64,000 bases of DNA from assembly GCA_001828935.1 (NCBI GenBank), contig MHZX01000067.1:3992-67991 (forward strand), read 5' to 3'. This document shows positions 50,686-58,433 of this stretch, piece after piece; position 1 is the first letter of the stretch; every line of letters starts with the position of its first letter. Both the position numbers and the translations under genes were made by a program. The DNA comes from Rhodocyclales bacterium RIFCSPLOWO2_02_FULL_63_24. Lineage in GTDB: Bacteria > Pseudomonadota > Gammaproteobacteria > Burkholderiales > Rhodocyclaceae. The notes beneath the pieces were generated by a model. It searched no databases, was not told the DNA's origin, and was given only the letters and a program-made list of their open reading frames with translations.

Positions 50686-52785
50686 TCAGTGACGGTTCTT
50701 GAGTGAATCTGCATACAGCCGGGCCTCGACGTAGCGCACCAGCGCCCGCGTGCCGCGCGCGCAGTTGCGGAACACGCAGACACCCTGGTCCATCAGTCGC
50801 GCGCACATGGCGTCGTAGAGTTGCCCCCCATCCACGATGCCGATGATCGGCTTGTCGTTGCGATCGACCAGCGGCGGCATGAGATGCACCGTGCTCTTCG
50901 GGTCGGTGAGATCGAAGCCGGGGCGGAGTTTGCTTGCTTCCAGCGCCCGCACGGAGGGTGCGGTCGGATCGAGTCCGACGACGACCGCGTCGATATTGGG
51001 ATCCTGCAGAAAGGCTTCGACGATCTGCAGGTGGGCCTCATCGTCGGCGCCGGGGTTGATGTCGATCGGATTCCTGACTTCAACCAGTGCGTTGAGTTTC
51101 TTGGCCAGCAGAATCTCTTCCAGGCGTGTGATTGTGCCGGGTTCCAGATCGCCCATTGCCATCGCGAAGCTGTCCGACTCGATCGAGTCGGCCATGCCGA
51201 CCGCCTCGAATCCGGCGCCACTGATCGCTCCCAGGCGCCGGCCGCCAAGCTTCTTCTTGTGCAACGCGCCAGCGATGTAGAACAGATCGTCGAAGCTGTT
51301 GAAGTCTTCGGCCACGATCGCTCCGGCCTGGCGCACCACCGAATCGAACAGCGTCGGACCGCCCGCGATCGACGCGGTATGGCCCATGACGCCGCCCGCG
51401 CCGGGCGCGGTCTTGCCCGATTTATAGACCACCACCTGCTTGCCGTTGCGCACGGCTTTGCGCACTGCCTTGGCGAAATTGAGACCGTCCAGATCCTTGA
51501 AGCCCTCGATGTAGATGCCCAGGGTTTCTATTTCCGGCCGCTCCGCAAAATAGCTGAGCATGTCGCCGTGGGTGATATCGGTCTGGTTGCCCAGGGCCAG
51601 CATGTAACGGGGGTCGAGCCACGGGTTCTGGCTCAGGCGGGTAATCATGAAGGCGCCGCTCTGGCTCAGCATGACGGAATTTCGTTCGGGCTTTTTCTGC
51701 GGTTTCGGCAGCCTTTCCAGGGGGATGAACCAGGAGTCATAGGAGCCGGGGTGCGAAACCACGCCGAGGCAGTTGGCGCCGAGAAACACCGGACCGCCAC
51801 CCGGCTTGCCGTGAGCCGCGTTGATACGCTCGGCCAGCGCCGCGGCGGGCTCCCTGCTGGCCTTGGTTTCGCCCAGGCTGCCGGGAATCAGCATGACCGA
51901 CTCCACGGCATCGGTTTCGATGATTTCATCGACCAGTTCATAGACGGCGCTGGCTGCTACCGCAACGATCAGCAGATCGAGTTTGTGGTCCAACGCCTTC
52001 AGGCTCTCGGCGCACTTGACGCCATCGATTTCGGTCTCGCCGGGACGGATGATGGTCATGCGCTCCTTGCTGTAACCGCTTCCCATCAGGTTGCGCAGAA
52101 TGATCCGGCCGAAATTCATGCTGCTGGAGGAGACCCCGATAATGCCGATCGACTTGGGATGGATAAGTTTGTCGATCTTGTGGATCGGGCGCGGGAGACG
52201 GTTGGCCCGCGGCGGGCCGAACTCGCAAGACGCCGCTTGGACTATCAGCCGATCCGCCATATGCGCAGGATTCAGTTCCAGGCTCTGTAGCACGAAATTG
52301 CGGTCCGGGTTGCTTTGCGAAAGGAATTCGGCCAGGGCAAGAATCCGTTCGAAACAGGTCTTGAGTTGCTCGTCGGGAGGATGCAATCCGTCGTGCTTGG
52401 CCATGCCGGCCAGCCTTTGATAGGCCAATGTGCGCTTGAACAGGCGGAGGAAGTCGTCGGCGTCCGTCAGTTCGACGGCGGCATAGACCGAGGCGCGATC
52501 CTGCCGGTAGTTGTTTTCGTCCAGTTCCGCATCAAGTCCGCCCTGTCCGGCGCTGATGACCATGCCGAATTCACGGGTGTTGTTGAGGCTGATGCGAAGT
52601 TCGGCAGCGCGTGGCGGTGCCACTGCAGGCTCCGGGGCAAATGCCAAGCCCAGGCCGCCAAGCAGAATCGCCAGTTCCGCTGGGTCCAGCGTCTTGCGCC
52701 CTGCGGCGGCGGCCTGGCGGAACAATGCCGTGGTCGTCGCGTTCTCTGCAACGGTCCTGATTCTTGGCTGTGATGGATTCTGCAT
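50686..52785 (-). CDS. ADP-forming acyl-CoA synthetase (ACD)-like CoA-binding protein with an atypical domain order
   Basis: 699 aa. CoA-binding Rossmann segment (KSIGIIGVSSSSMNFGRIILRNL), ligase-CoA domain with GANCLGV and a His loop GVMGHTASIAGG, and a C-terminal flavodoxin-like domain. The N-terminal ~200 aa resemble only the C-terminal half of an ATP-grasp. Confidence 0.7.
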   Translation of the reverse strand: MQNPSQPRIRTVAENATTTALFRQAAAAGRKTLDPAELAILLGGLGLAFAPEPAVAPPRAAELRISLNNTREFGMVISAGQGGLDAELDENNYRQDRASVYAAVELTDADDFLRLFKRTLAYQRLAGMAKHDGLHPPDEQLKTCFERILALAEFLSQSNPDRNFVLQSLELNPAHMADRLIVQAASCEFGPPRANRLPRPIHKIDKLIHPKSIGIIGVSSSSMNFGRIILRNLMGSGYSKERMTIIRPGETEIDGVKCAESLKALDHKLDLLIVAVAASAVYELVDEIIETDAVESVMLIPGSLGETKASREPAAALAERINAAHGKPGGGPVFLGANCLGVVSHPGSYDSWFIPLERLPKPQKKPERNSVMLSQSGAFMITRLSQNPWLDPRYMLALGNQTDITHGDMLSYFAERPEIETLGIYIEGFKDLDGLNFAKAVRKAVRNGKQVVVYKSGKTAPGAGGVMGHTASIAGGPTLFDSVVRQAGAIVAEDFNSFDDLFYIAGALHKKKLGGRRLGAISGAGFEAVGMADSIESDSFAMAMGDLEPGTITRLEEILLAKKLNALVEVRNPIDINPGADDEAHLQIVEAFLQDPNIDAVVVGLDPTAPSVRALEASKLRPGFDLTDPKSTVHLMPPLVDRNDKPIIGIVDGGQLYDAMCARLMDQGVCVFRNCARGTRALVRYVEARLYADSLKNRH

Positions 52786-52844
52786 GGTATTGACTCCCTG
52801 GGTGCCGCATGATCGACAGATGGTGCCGGGAAGTAACTATAACA

Positions 52845-52882
52845 GATACAGTATTATCAAAAAACATTAGCAATATTGTATC
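52845..52882. promoter_or_regulatory. Candidate PaaX operator GATACA-N26-TGTATC upstream of the ACD-like/thioesterase operon
   Basis: Perfect 6-bp inverted half-sites with an AT-rich spacer, 60-97 nt upstream of ATG 52785. The same architecture recurs at 53978..54016. Confidence 0.6.
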
Positions 52883-52919
52883 GGTTGATCTCCATCAATT
52901 TAGAAGCTGGTCGGGGCGG

Positions 52920-53858
52920 CTAGGATGCTATGGGTAGGGAAAGTCCGCCGAAGCGTTCGTAGAAATACGGCGCAGCTTGGGGCAGCGGGCCGTTTGCCGT
53001 TTCGCAAACCGAGAGCAGATGCTGCTGCGCGAGCGGGTAGGTGATGCTGTAGAGGTCGCGGCACAGCTGGCGGGCGATACCGCCGCTCCAATTGCCGGGA
53101 AGCAATTGCGCCGGCAACTGCGGATCGTGCAGCAGCGCCCGGCGGAAGGCGTGCATGAGCAATGTCTGCACCAGGAAGCACTGTTCGGGATCCAGGTCGC
53201 TGGCGGCGCGCATGGTGCGCAGCACGGGGCGGAACAGTTCGATGAAGTCGAGGTACTTGGCTGCGAGCGCGTCGAGACTCCAGCACTCGTGCACCAATTC
53301 CTGCAGCGGCCTGCTGGTCAGGGCGCTGACATTGACGGCCTTCATGGCTACTACCTTGTCGTGCGCTCCCGTCTCCTGAAGGATATCGAGCAGCGCTTCG
53401 GTATCGGCCGAGGGATGGGCGAGGATGCCAGAGGCCAGCGCGCCGTAGCCGGCCCACGCCAGTTCCTTGCGCAGGGCATCGCGTTGCGCGCCGCCGAGCG
53501 AGGAGGGGATCATGACCAGTTGCCACTCTCCCGTCCAGGTGTCCTGGGGCGCGAAATAGATGCGGCGATATGCGTGCTCAAAGCGGCGCCGGCCGGATGT
53601 GGTGAGGCTGTAGTAGCTCTTGCGCCCCAACTGTTCGGAAACCAGCCATTTCTCCTGCGACAGGCGATAGACGCTGGTACGCACCATGCGCTCGTTGAGG
53701 CCAAGCGGTTGCACCAGCCGGATGAAGCTTCCGAGCCAGACCGTACCGCCGTGCGGGGCGATGAAGTCGCCATAGACGGTGATGATCAGCGAGTTGGCAC
53801 GGGCCGGGTGTTGATCGAGAAAGTCCTTGATCCACTGATTGAGGTATCGGCTCTTCAC
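52920..53858 (-). CDS. paaX: PaaX-family transcriptional repressor (phenylacetyl-CoA-responsive type)
   Basis: 312 aa from a GTG start. ...SLIITVYGDFIAPHGGTVWLGSFIRLVQPLGLNERMVRTSVYRLSQEKWLVSEQLGRKSYYSLT aligns by eye with the E. coli PaaX N-terminal wHTH. Confidence 0.85.
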   Translation of the reverse strand: MKSRYLNQWIKDFLDQHPARANSLIITVYGDFIAPHGGTVWLGSFIRLVQPLGLNERMVRTSVYRLSQEKWLVSEQLGRKSYYSLTTSGRRRFEHAYRRIYFAPQDTWTGEWQLVMIPSSLGGAQRDALRKELAWAGYGALASGILAHPSADTEALLDILQETGAHDKVVAMKAVNVSALTSRPLQELVHECWSLDALAAKYLDFIELFRPVLRTMRAASDLDPEQCFLVQTLLMHAFRRALLHDPQLPAQLLPGNWSGGIARQLCRDLYSITYPLAQQHLLSVCETANGPLPQAAPYFYERFGGLSLPIAS

Positions 53859-53977
53859 ATTTTGTCCATTTGCGAGTTTGGCGCGGCGCTATCGGGGCCG
53901 CTACGGCGCGATTGCGACATCGCGCAGGCTATCGGGTGCGGATCTATCCCGCATTCAGTATAAGGTAATTCTAATGT

Positions 53978-54016
53978 GATACAAAATGATTGCATTAAGA
54001 TTTATCAAAGTGTATC
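53978..54016. promoter_or_regulatory. Candidate PaaX operator GATACA-N27-TGTATC in the paaX / fdhD-padB divergent region
   Basis: Perfect half-sites with an AT-rich spacer sharing TTATCAAA with the first site. About 50 nt upstream of the fdhD ATG at 54068. Confidence 0.6.
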
Positions 54017-54067
54017 GTAACGGCAGTGGGGGTAAGTTTGACTCCGGACTTTCAAGCGAGGCGGGCA

Positions 54068-54883
54068 ATGCGACACGAGGCGGATGTGGGCATCGAGGCA
54101 CATAACAGCTACGGAGCGTATCGCTGGGTGGATGGCGCTGCCATTCAATCCGACGAAACGGTGGCGGAAGAGGTGCCGGTGGCCCTTGTCTACAACGGCA
54201 TTTCCCATGCGGTCATGCTCGCCACGCCGCAGGACCTGGAAGATTTCGCTCTCGGTTTCAGCCTCAGCGAATGCATCGTCGGTCGTACCGGCGAAATCCA
54301 CGATCTGGAGATATTCGAGCGGAACAACGGCATCGAAGTGCATATGGAGCTTTCCGGCGAGCGCGCCCATGCGCTCAAGGAGCATCGCCGGACCATGGCC
54401 GGGCGTACCGGCTGCGGTCTGTGCGGCACCGAGAGTCTCGACCAGTTGGCAAAGCGGGCTGCGACCGTGAGGTCGTCTGCGGCTTTGAGCGAAGGCGCAT
54501 TGCCGCGCGCCTTGTCGGGCTTGCAGGGCATGCAGCAGCTGTTTCATTTGACCGGTGCCGTGCATGCCGCGGCGTGGTGCGATTTTGACGGCGACATCGA
54601 GCTGGTGAGAGAGGACGTGGGGCGCCACAACGCGCTCGACAAACTGATCGGTTCATTGGCCGCCGGGCGCCGGGCCTTCGATGGCGGTTTCGTCCTCATG
54701 ACCAGTCGCGCCAGTTACGAGATCGTGCAGAAGGCGGCTGCCGTGGGCATTGCGGTGGTCGCGGCGGTATCCGCCCCGACCGGCATGGCGGTACGGGTGG
54801 CAGTCGATTCCGGGGTGACGCTGATCGGTTTTGTCCGCGGCGAGCGGCACTGCGTGTATTCACATCCCGAACGCGTTCACTAG
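54068..54883 (+). CDS. fdhD: FdhD-family sulfurtransferase (Mo-bisPGD cofactor sulfuration/insertion)
   Basis: 271 aa. GRTGCGLCGTESL catalytic Cys loop. ATG 54068 with a GAGG SD is preferred over the GTG at 54026, which abuts the operator. Confidence 0.85.
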   Translation: MRHEADVGIEAHNSYGAYRWVDGAAIQSDETVAEEVPVALVYNGISHAVMLATPQDLEDFALGFSLSECIVGRTGEIHDLEIFERNNGIEVHMELSGERAHALKEHRRTMAGRTGCGLCGTESLDQLAKRAATVRSSAALSEGALPRALSGLQGMQQLFHLTGAVHAAAWCDFDGDIELVREDVGRHNALDKLIGSLAAGRRAFDGGFVLMTSRASYEIVQKAAAVGIAVVAAVSAPTGMAVRVAVDSGVTLIGFVRGERHCVYSHPERVH

Positions 54884-54916
54884 CAACGGGAATTGTCGAG
54901 GGAGCAGGTGAGCAAA

Positions 54917-57673
54917 ATGAGCATGGAAGCAGCCCAATCGAAATCCGTGAAGCACGTTCCGACGTATTGCTACAACTGCGTTTCAGGTCCCGACTTCATG
55001 TGCGTCAAGGTGGTCGATGGCGTCGCCACCGAGATCGAGCCGAATTTTGCGGCGGCCGAGGTGCATCCGGCGAAGGGCAAGGTTTGCGTCAAGGCCTATG
55101 GCCTGGTGCAGAAGACCTATAACCCGAACCGCATCCTCACGCCGATGAAGCGGACCAACCCGAAGAAGGGCCGCAACGAGGATCCGGGCTTTGTGCCGAT
55201 TTCCTGGGACGAGGCGCTTGACCTGGTCGCGCAAAAACTCAAGGCCGTGCGTGCCAAGGGCCTGGTCGATGAGGCCGGGCTGCCGCGGGTCGCCGTCAGT
55301 CTCGGGCACGGCGGCACGCCGTCGAATTACATGGGCACCTTTCCCGCTTTTCTTGCTGCCTGGGGCCCCGTCGATTTCAGCTTCGGCTCGGGCCAGGGCG
55401 TCAAGTGCGTGCATTCCGAGCATCTCTACGGCGAGTTCTGGCATCGCGGCTTCACCGTCGCCGCCGATACTCCGAACTGTCGCTACAACATAGCGGTCGG
55501 CGCCAACGTCGATGTCACGGGCGGCCCCTGCGCCGTGATCCGTCATGCCGATGCCCGGGTGCGCGGCTACAAGCGTGTCCAGGTGGAGCCGAGCCTGACC
55601 GCCACGGGAGCCTGTTCCGCCGAATGGGTGCCGATCCGGCCCAAGACCGACCCGGCCTTCCTGTTCGCCCTGATCCACGTCCTGATTCACGAGAACGGCC
55701 TGGCCAAGCTCGACCTTCCCTTCCTGCGCGACCGTACCGCTTCGCCCTACTTGGTGGCGCCCGACGGCCTTTATCTGCGCGATGCCCAAAGCGGCAAACC
55801 GTTGGTGTGGGACGAAGTCACGGCGACGGCCGTGCCGCACGACACAGTTGGCGCGCGCCCTGCGGTGGCCGGAAGCTACCGCGTGGCGCATGCCGTGGTG
55901 GTCGATGCCGACAAGGAACGCCGCGAGTATTTCGACGTCGAGGGCAAGACCGCCTACGAAATGCTGGCCAGGCACATCGACAAGTACACGCCGGAATGGG
56001 CCGAGACCGTCTGCGACGTCAAGGCAACGACGATCCGCCGCATCGCCAACGAATACCTCGAAGCTGCGAGTATCGGCGAAACCATTGTGATCGACGGCCA
56101 GACGCTGCCCCTGCGGCCGGTCGCCGTGACGCTGGGCAAGTCGGTGAACAATGGCTGGGGTGCATACGAATGCTGCTGGGCGCGCACCGTGCTGGCGGCG
56201 CTGGTGGGCGCGCTGGAAAATCCCGGCGGGCTGGTTGGCACCACGGTGCGACTCAACAAGTCGCGCGACAACCGCCATCTTTCGGTGAAGTCCGGCGAGG
56301 ACGGCTTCATGGTGCAGTACTTCAATCCGACCAGCAAGGAGGAATGGCAATCGTCGCCGTCCACCCGCAATCTGCACCAGACCCTGGTGCCCATCGTCGG
56401 CCACAACGGCGCCTGGAGCCAGGCGCTGGGCCCTACGCAACTGGCCTGGATGTTCCAGGGCGAGCGCCCGGACGATTGGTCGATGCCGATGCCGACGCTG
56501 CCGGATGTGTGGATCGTCTACCGCTCGAATCCCTCGATCTCCTTCTGGGACACCCGGCACCTGGCGGAGGTCGCCGCACGTTTTCCCTTCATGGCCTGCG
56601 TCGCCTACACGGTGGACGAGACCAACTACATGGCCGACGTGCTGCTGCCGGAGGCGACCGATCTCGAATCGACCCAGATGATCCGTATGGGCGGCACCAA
56701 GTACATGGAGCAGTTTTGGGACTACAAGGGCGTGGTGCTGCGGCAGAAGGCCGTCGAGCCGCAGGGCGAGGCCCGCGACTTCACCTGGATCACCACCGAG
56801 CTGGCCAAGCGCACCGGCCTGCTCGACCCGTATTTCGGCGCCATCAACAAGGGCGTCTCCGGCGTTTCGCCGCTCAAGGGCGAGGGCTACGACTTCAGCC
56901 TGGATCCGGCAAGCGAAGCGGACCCGGAGCAAATCTGGGACGCCGTCTGCCGTGCGGCCAGCGTCACGCTCTCGGAGGGACGTGAGGAGCATGATCTGGC
57001 ATGGTTCCGCGAGCATGGCTTTTTCGCCGTGCCGATGTCGCGGCTCGAGTGGTATTTGACGCCGACCATGGAAAAGCTTGGTCTGCGCTATGAATTGCCC
57101 TATCAGGAGCGCCTGCTGCGCGCCGGCCGCGAACTTGGCCGCCGTTTGCATGAAAAGAAGATGAACTGGTGGGACGAGCAGCTTTCCGAATATACCGCGC
57201 TGCCGGAGTGGCACGACGTGCCGGGGCGCTGGATACGCAACCTCGAAAAAGCCGGCGCCAAACTCGAGGACTTCCCGTTCTGGCTGCTGACCACCAAGAG
57301 CATGCAGTACCACGCCGGCGGCAATGCCGCGATCGAGGTCATGCACGAGGTGGCGCAGAACCTGCGCGGCCATGCCGGGGTGATCATGAATGCGAAGACC
57401 GCAGCCGGCCTCGGCATTGCCGAAGGCGACCGCGTCGAGGTGCGCTCCCACATCGGCGCCACCTACGGCAAGGCTTCGCTGATGCAGGGCATCCGGCCGG
57501 ACACTCTGGTCATCATCGGCCAGTTCGACCATTGGGCGACACCGTTTGCCAAGGGCATGAATGCACCCAGTCTCAACACCATCGCGCCGATGTCGCTCGA
57601 CCTGACGGATGCGACGGGTTCGGGTGCCGACATCGTGCGGGTCGGCGTGCGCAGGATGGAGGTACCGGCATGA
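54917..57673 (+). CDS. padB: Molybdopterin (Mo-bisPGD) oxidoreductase catalytic subunit, PadB-like (phenylacetyl-CoA:acceptor oxidoreductase)
   Basis: About 918 aa. N-terminal Cys cluster (TYCYNCVSGPDFMCV...KGKVCVKA). No twin-arginine signal. Followed by FeS and membrane-anchor subunits and by padEFGHI-like genes. The start is uncertain (TTG 54893, GTG 54908 or ATG 54917). Confidence 0.75.
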   Translation: MSMEAAQSKSVKHVPTYCYNCVSGPDFMCVKVVDGVATEIEPNFAAAEVHPAKGKVCVKAYGLVQKTYNPNRILTPMKRTNPKKGRNEDPGFVPISWDEALDLVAQKLKAVRAKGLVDEAGLPRVAVSLGHGGTPSNYMGTFPAFLAAWGPVDFSFGSGQGVKCVHSEHLYGEFWHRGFTVAADTPNCRYNIAVGANVDVTGGPCAVIRHADARVRGYKRVQVEPSLTATGACSAEWVPIRPKTDPAFLFALIHVLIHENGLAKLDLPFLRDRTASPYLVAPDGLYLRDAQSGKPLVWDEVTATAVPHDTVGARPAVAGSYRVAHAVVVDADKERREYFDVEGKTAYEMLARHIDKYTPEWAETVCDVKATTIRRIANEYLEAASIGETIVIDGQTLPLRPVAVTLGKSVNNGWGAYECCWARTVLAALVGALENPGGLVGTTVRLNKSRDNRHLSVKSGEDGFMVQYFNPTSKEEWQSSPSTRNLHQTLVPIVGHNGAWSQALGPTQLAWMFQGERPDDWSMPMPTLPDVWIVYRSNPSISFWDTRHLAEVAARFPFMACVAYTVDETNYMADVLLPEATDLESTQMIRMGGTKYMEQFWDYKGVVLRQKAVEPQGEARDFTWITTELAKRTGLLDPYFGAINKGVSGVSPLKGEGYDFSLDPASEADPEQIWDAVCRAASVTLSEGREEHDLAWFREHGFFAVPMSRLEWYLTPTMEKLGLRYELPYQERLLRAGRELGRRLHEKKMNWWDEQLSEYTALPEWHDVPGRWIRNLEKAGAKLEDFPFWLLTTKSMQYHAGGNAAIEVMHEVAQNLRGHAGVIMNAKTAAGLGIAEGDRVEVRSHIGATYGKASLMQGIRPDTLVIIGQFDHWATPFAKGMNAPSLNTIAPMSLDLTDATGSGADIVRVGVRRMEVPA

Positions 57674-57785
57674 GCAGAGGAGGGGGACCCGTGAGCGCAG
57701 CGAGCGGGGGCGTAGCGTCCGCGAATGCCGCGTGCCGCCGACTGGAGAACGGCGAAATTAACATGACGATCCGGAGACGGCCAGC

Positions 57786-58433
57786 ATGACGCGCTATGTG
57801 ATGAGCATCGATCTGCGCCGCTGCGTCGGTTGCCAGACCTGTACCGCCGCCTGCAAGGGCGCCAACGCGACGCCGCCCGGCATCCAGTGGCGGCGCGTGC
57901 TCGACATCGAGAGCGGCGAGTTCCCCGACGTGCGGCGCAGCTTCTTGCCGATCGCCTGTATGCATTGCGCCAATCCGCCCTGCGAATCGGTGTGTCCGAC
58001 GCGTGCCACGACCAAGCGCGCCGACGGCCTGGTGGCGATCGACTACGATCTTTGCATCGGCTGCGCCAATTGCGTCATGGCCTGTCCCTACGATGCCCGC
58101 TCCATCGTTCATGAGCCGAAATATGCCTACGGCGACACGCCGATGGCGTCGGAGGCCAAGCGCTTCGATCCGGACCGGATCGGGGTGTCGATGAAATGCA
58201 CGTTCTGCAAGGATCGTATCGACCTCGCGGCGCGCACCGGGCAGATTCCCGGTGTCGATCACGAGGTGACGCCCGCCTGCGTCAATTCCTGCATCTCGGG
58301 TGCCATGCAGTTCGGCGACATCGAGGATCCGGACAGCAGCGTCAGCCGCCTGCTGGGAGAAACCCAACACTACCGCATGCACGAGGAACTGGGCACCGAG
58401 CCGGGCGTTTACTACATCTGGGATCAGTCATGA
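57786..58433 (+). CDS. padC: 4Fe-4S ferredoxin-type electron-transfer subunit (DmsB-like), PadC-like
   Basis: 215 aa. CVGCQTCTAAC, CMHCANPPC, CIGCANCVMACP and CTFC...C cluster motifs. Confidence 0.8.
   Translation: MTRYVMSIDLRRCVGCQTCTAACKGANATPPGIQWRRVLDIESGEFPDVRRSFLPIACMHCANPPCESVCPTRATTKRADGLVAIDYDLCIGCANCVMACPYDARSIVHEPKYAYGDTPMASEAKRFDPDRIGVSMKCTFCKDRIDLAARTGQIPGVDHEVTPACVNSCISGAMQFGDIEDPDSSVSRLLGETQHYRMHEELGTEPGVYYIWDQS

Noticed and set aside
54917-55000. Twin-arginine (Tat) signal on the PadB-like molybdoenzyme.
   Set aside because: No RR motif or hydrophobic h-region precedes the first Cys cluster with any of the candidate starts. The enzyme is interpreted as cytoplasm-facing.
54983-57532. 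Very long antisense or off-frame ORFs. Examples: 849 aa antisense to padB; 17865..20054 minus, 729 aa; 7732..9501 minus, 589 aa; 44895..46784 plus, 629 aa; 4..1062 plus, 352 aa; 60255..61862 minus, 535 aa.
   Set aside because: Their translations are Arg/Ala/Gly/Pro/His-rich low-complexity strings without motifs. Each fully overlaps a gene with clear family signatures on the other strand or frame. This is the expected stop-codon-poor shadow effect in GC-rich DNA.
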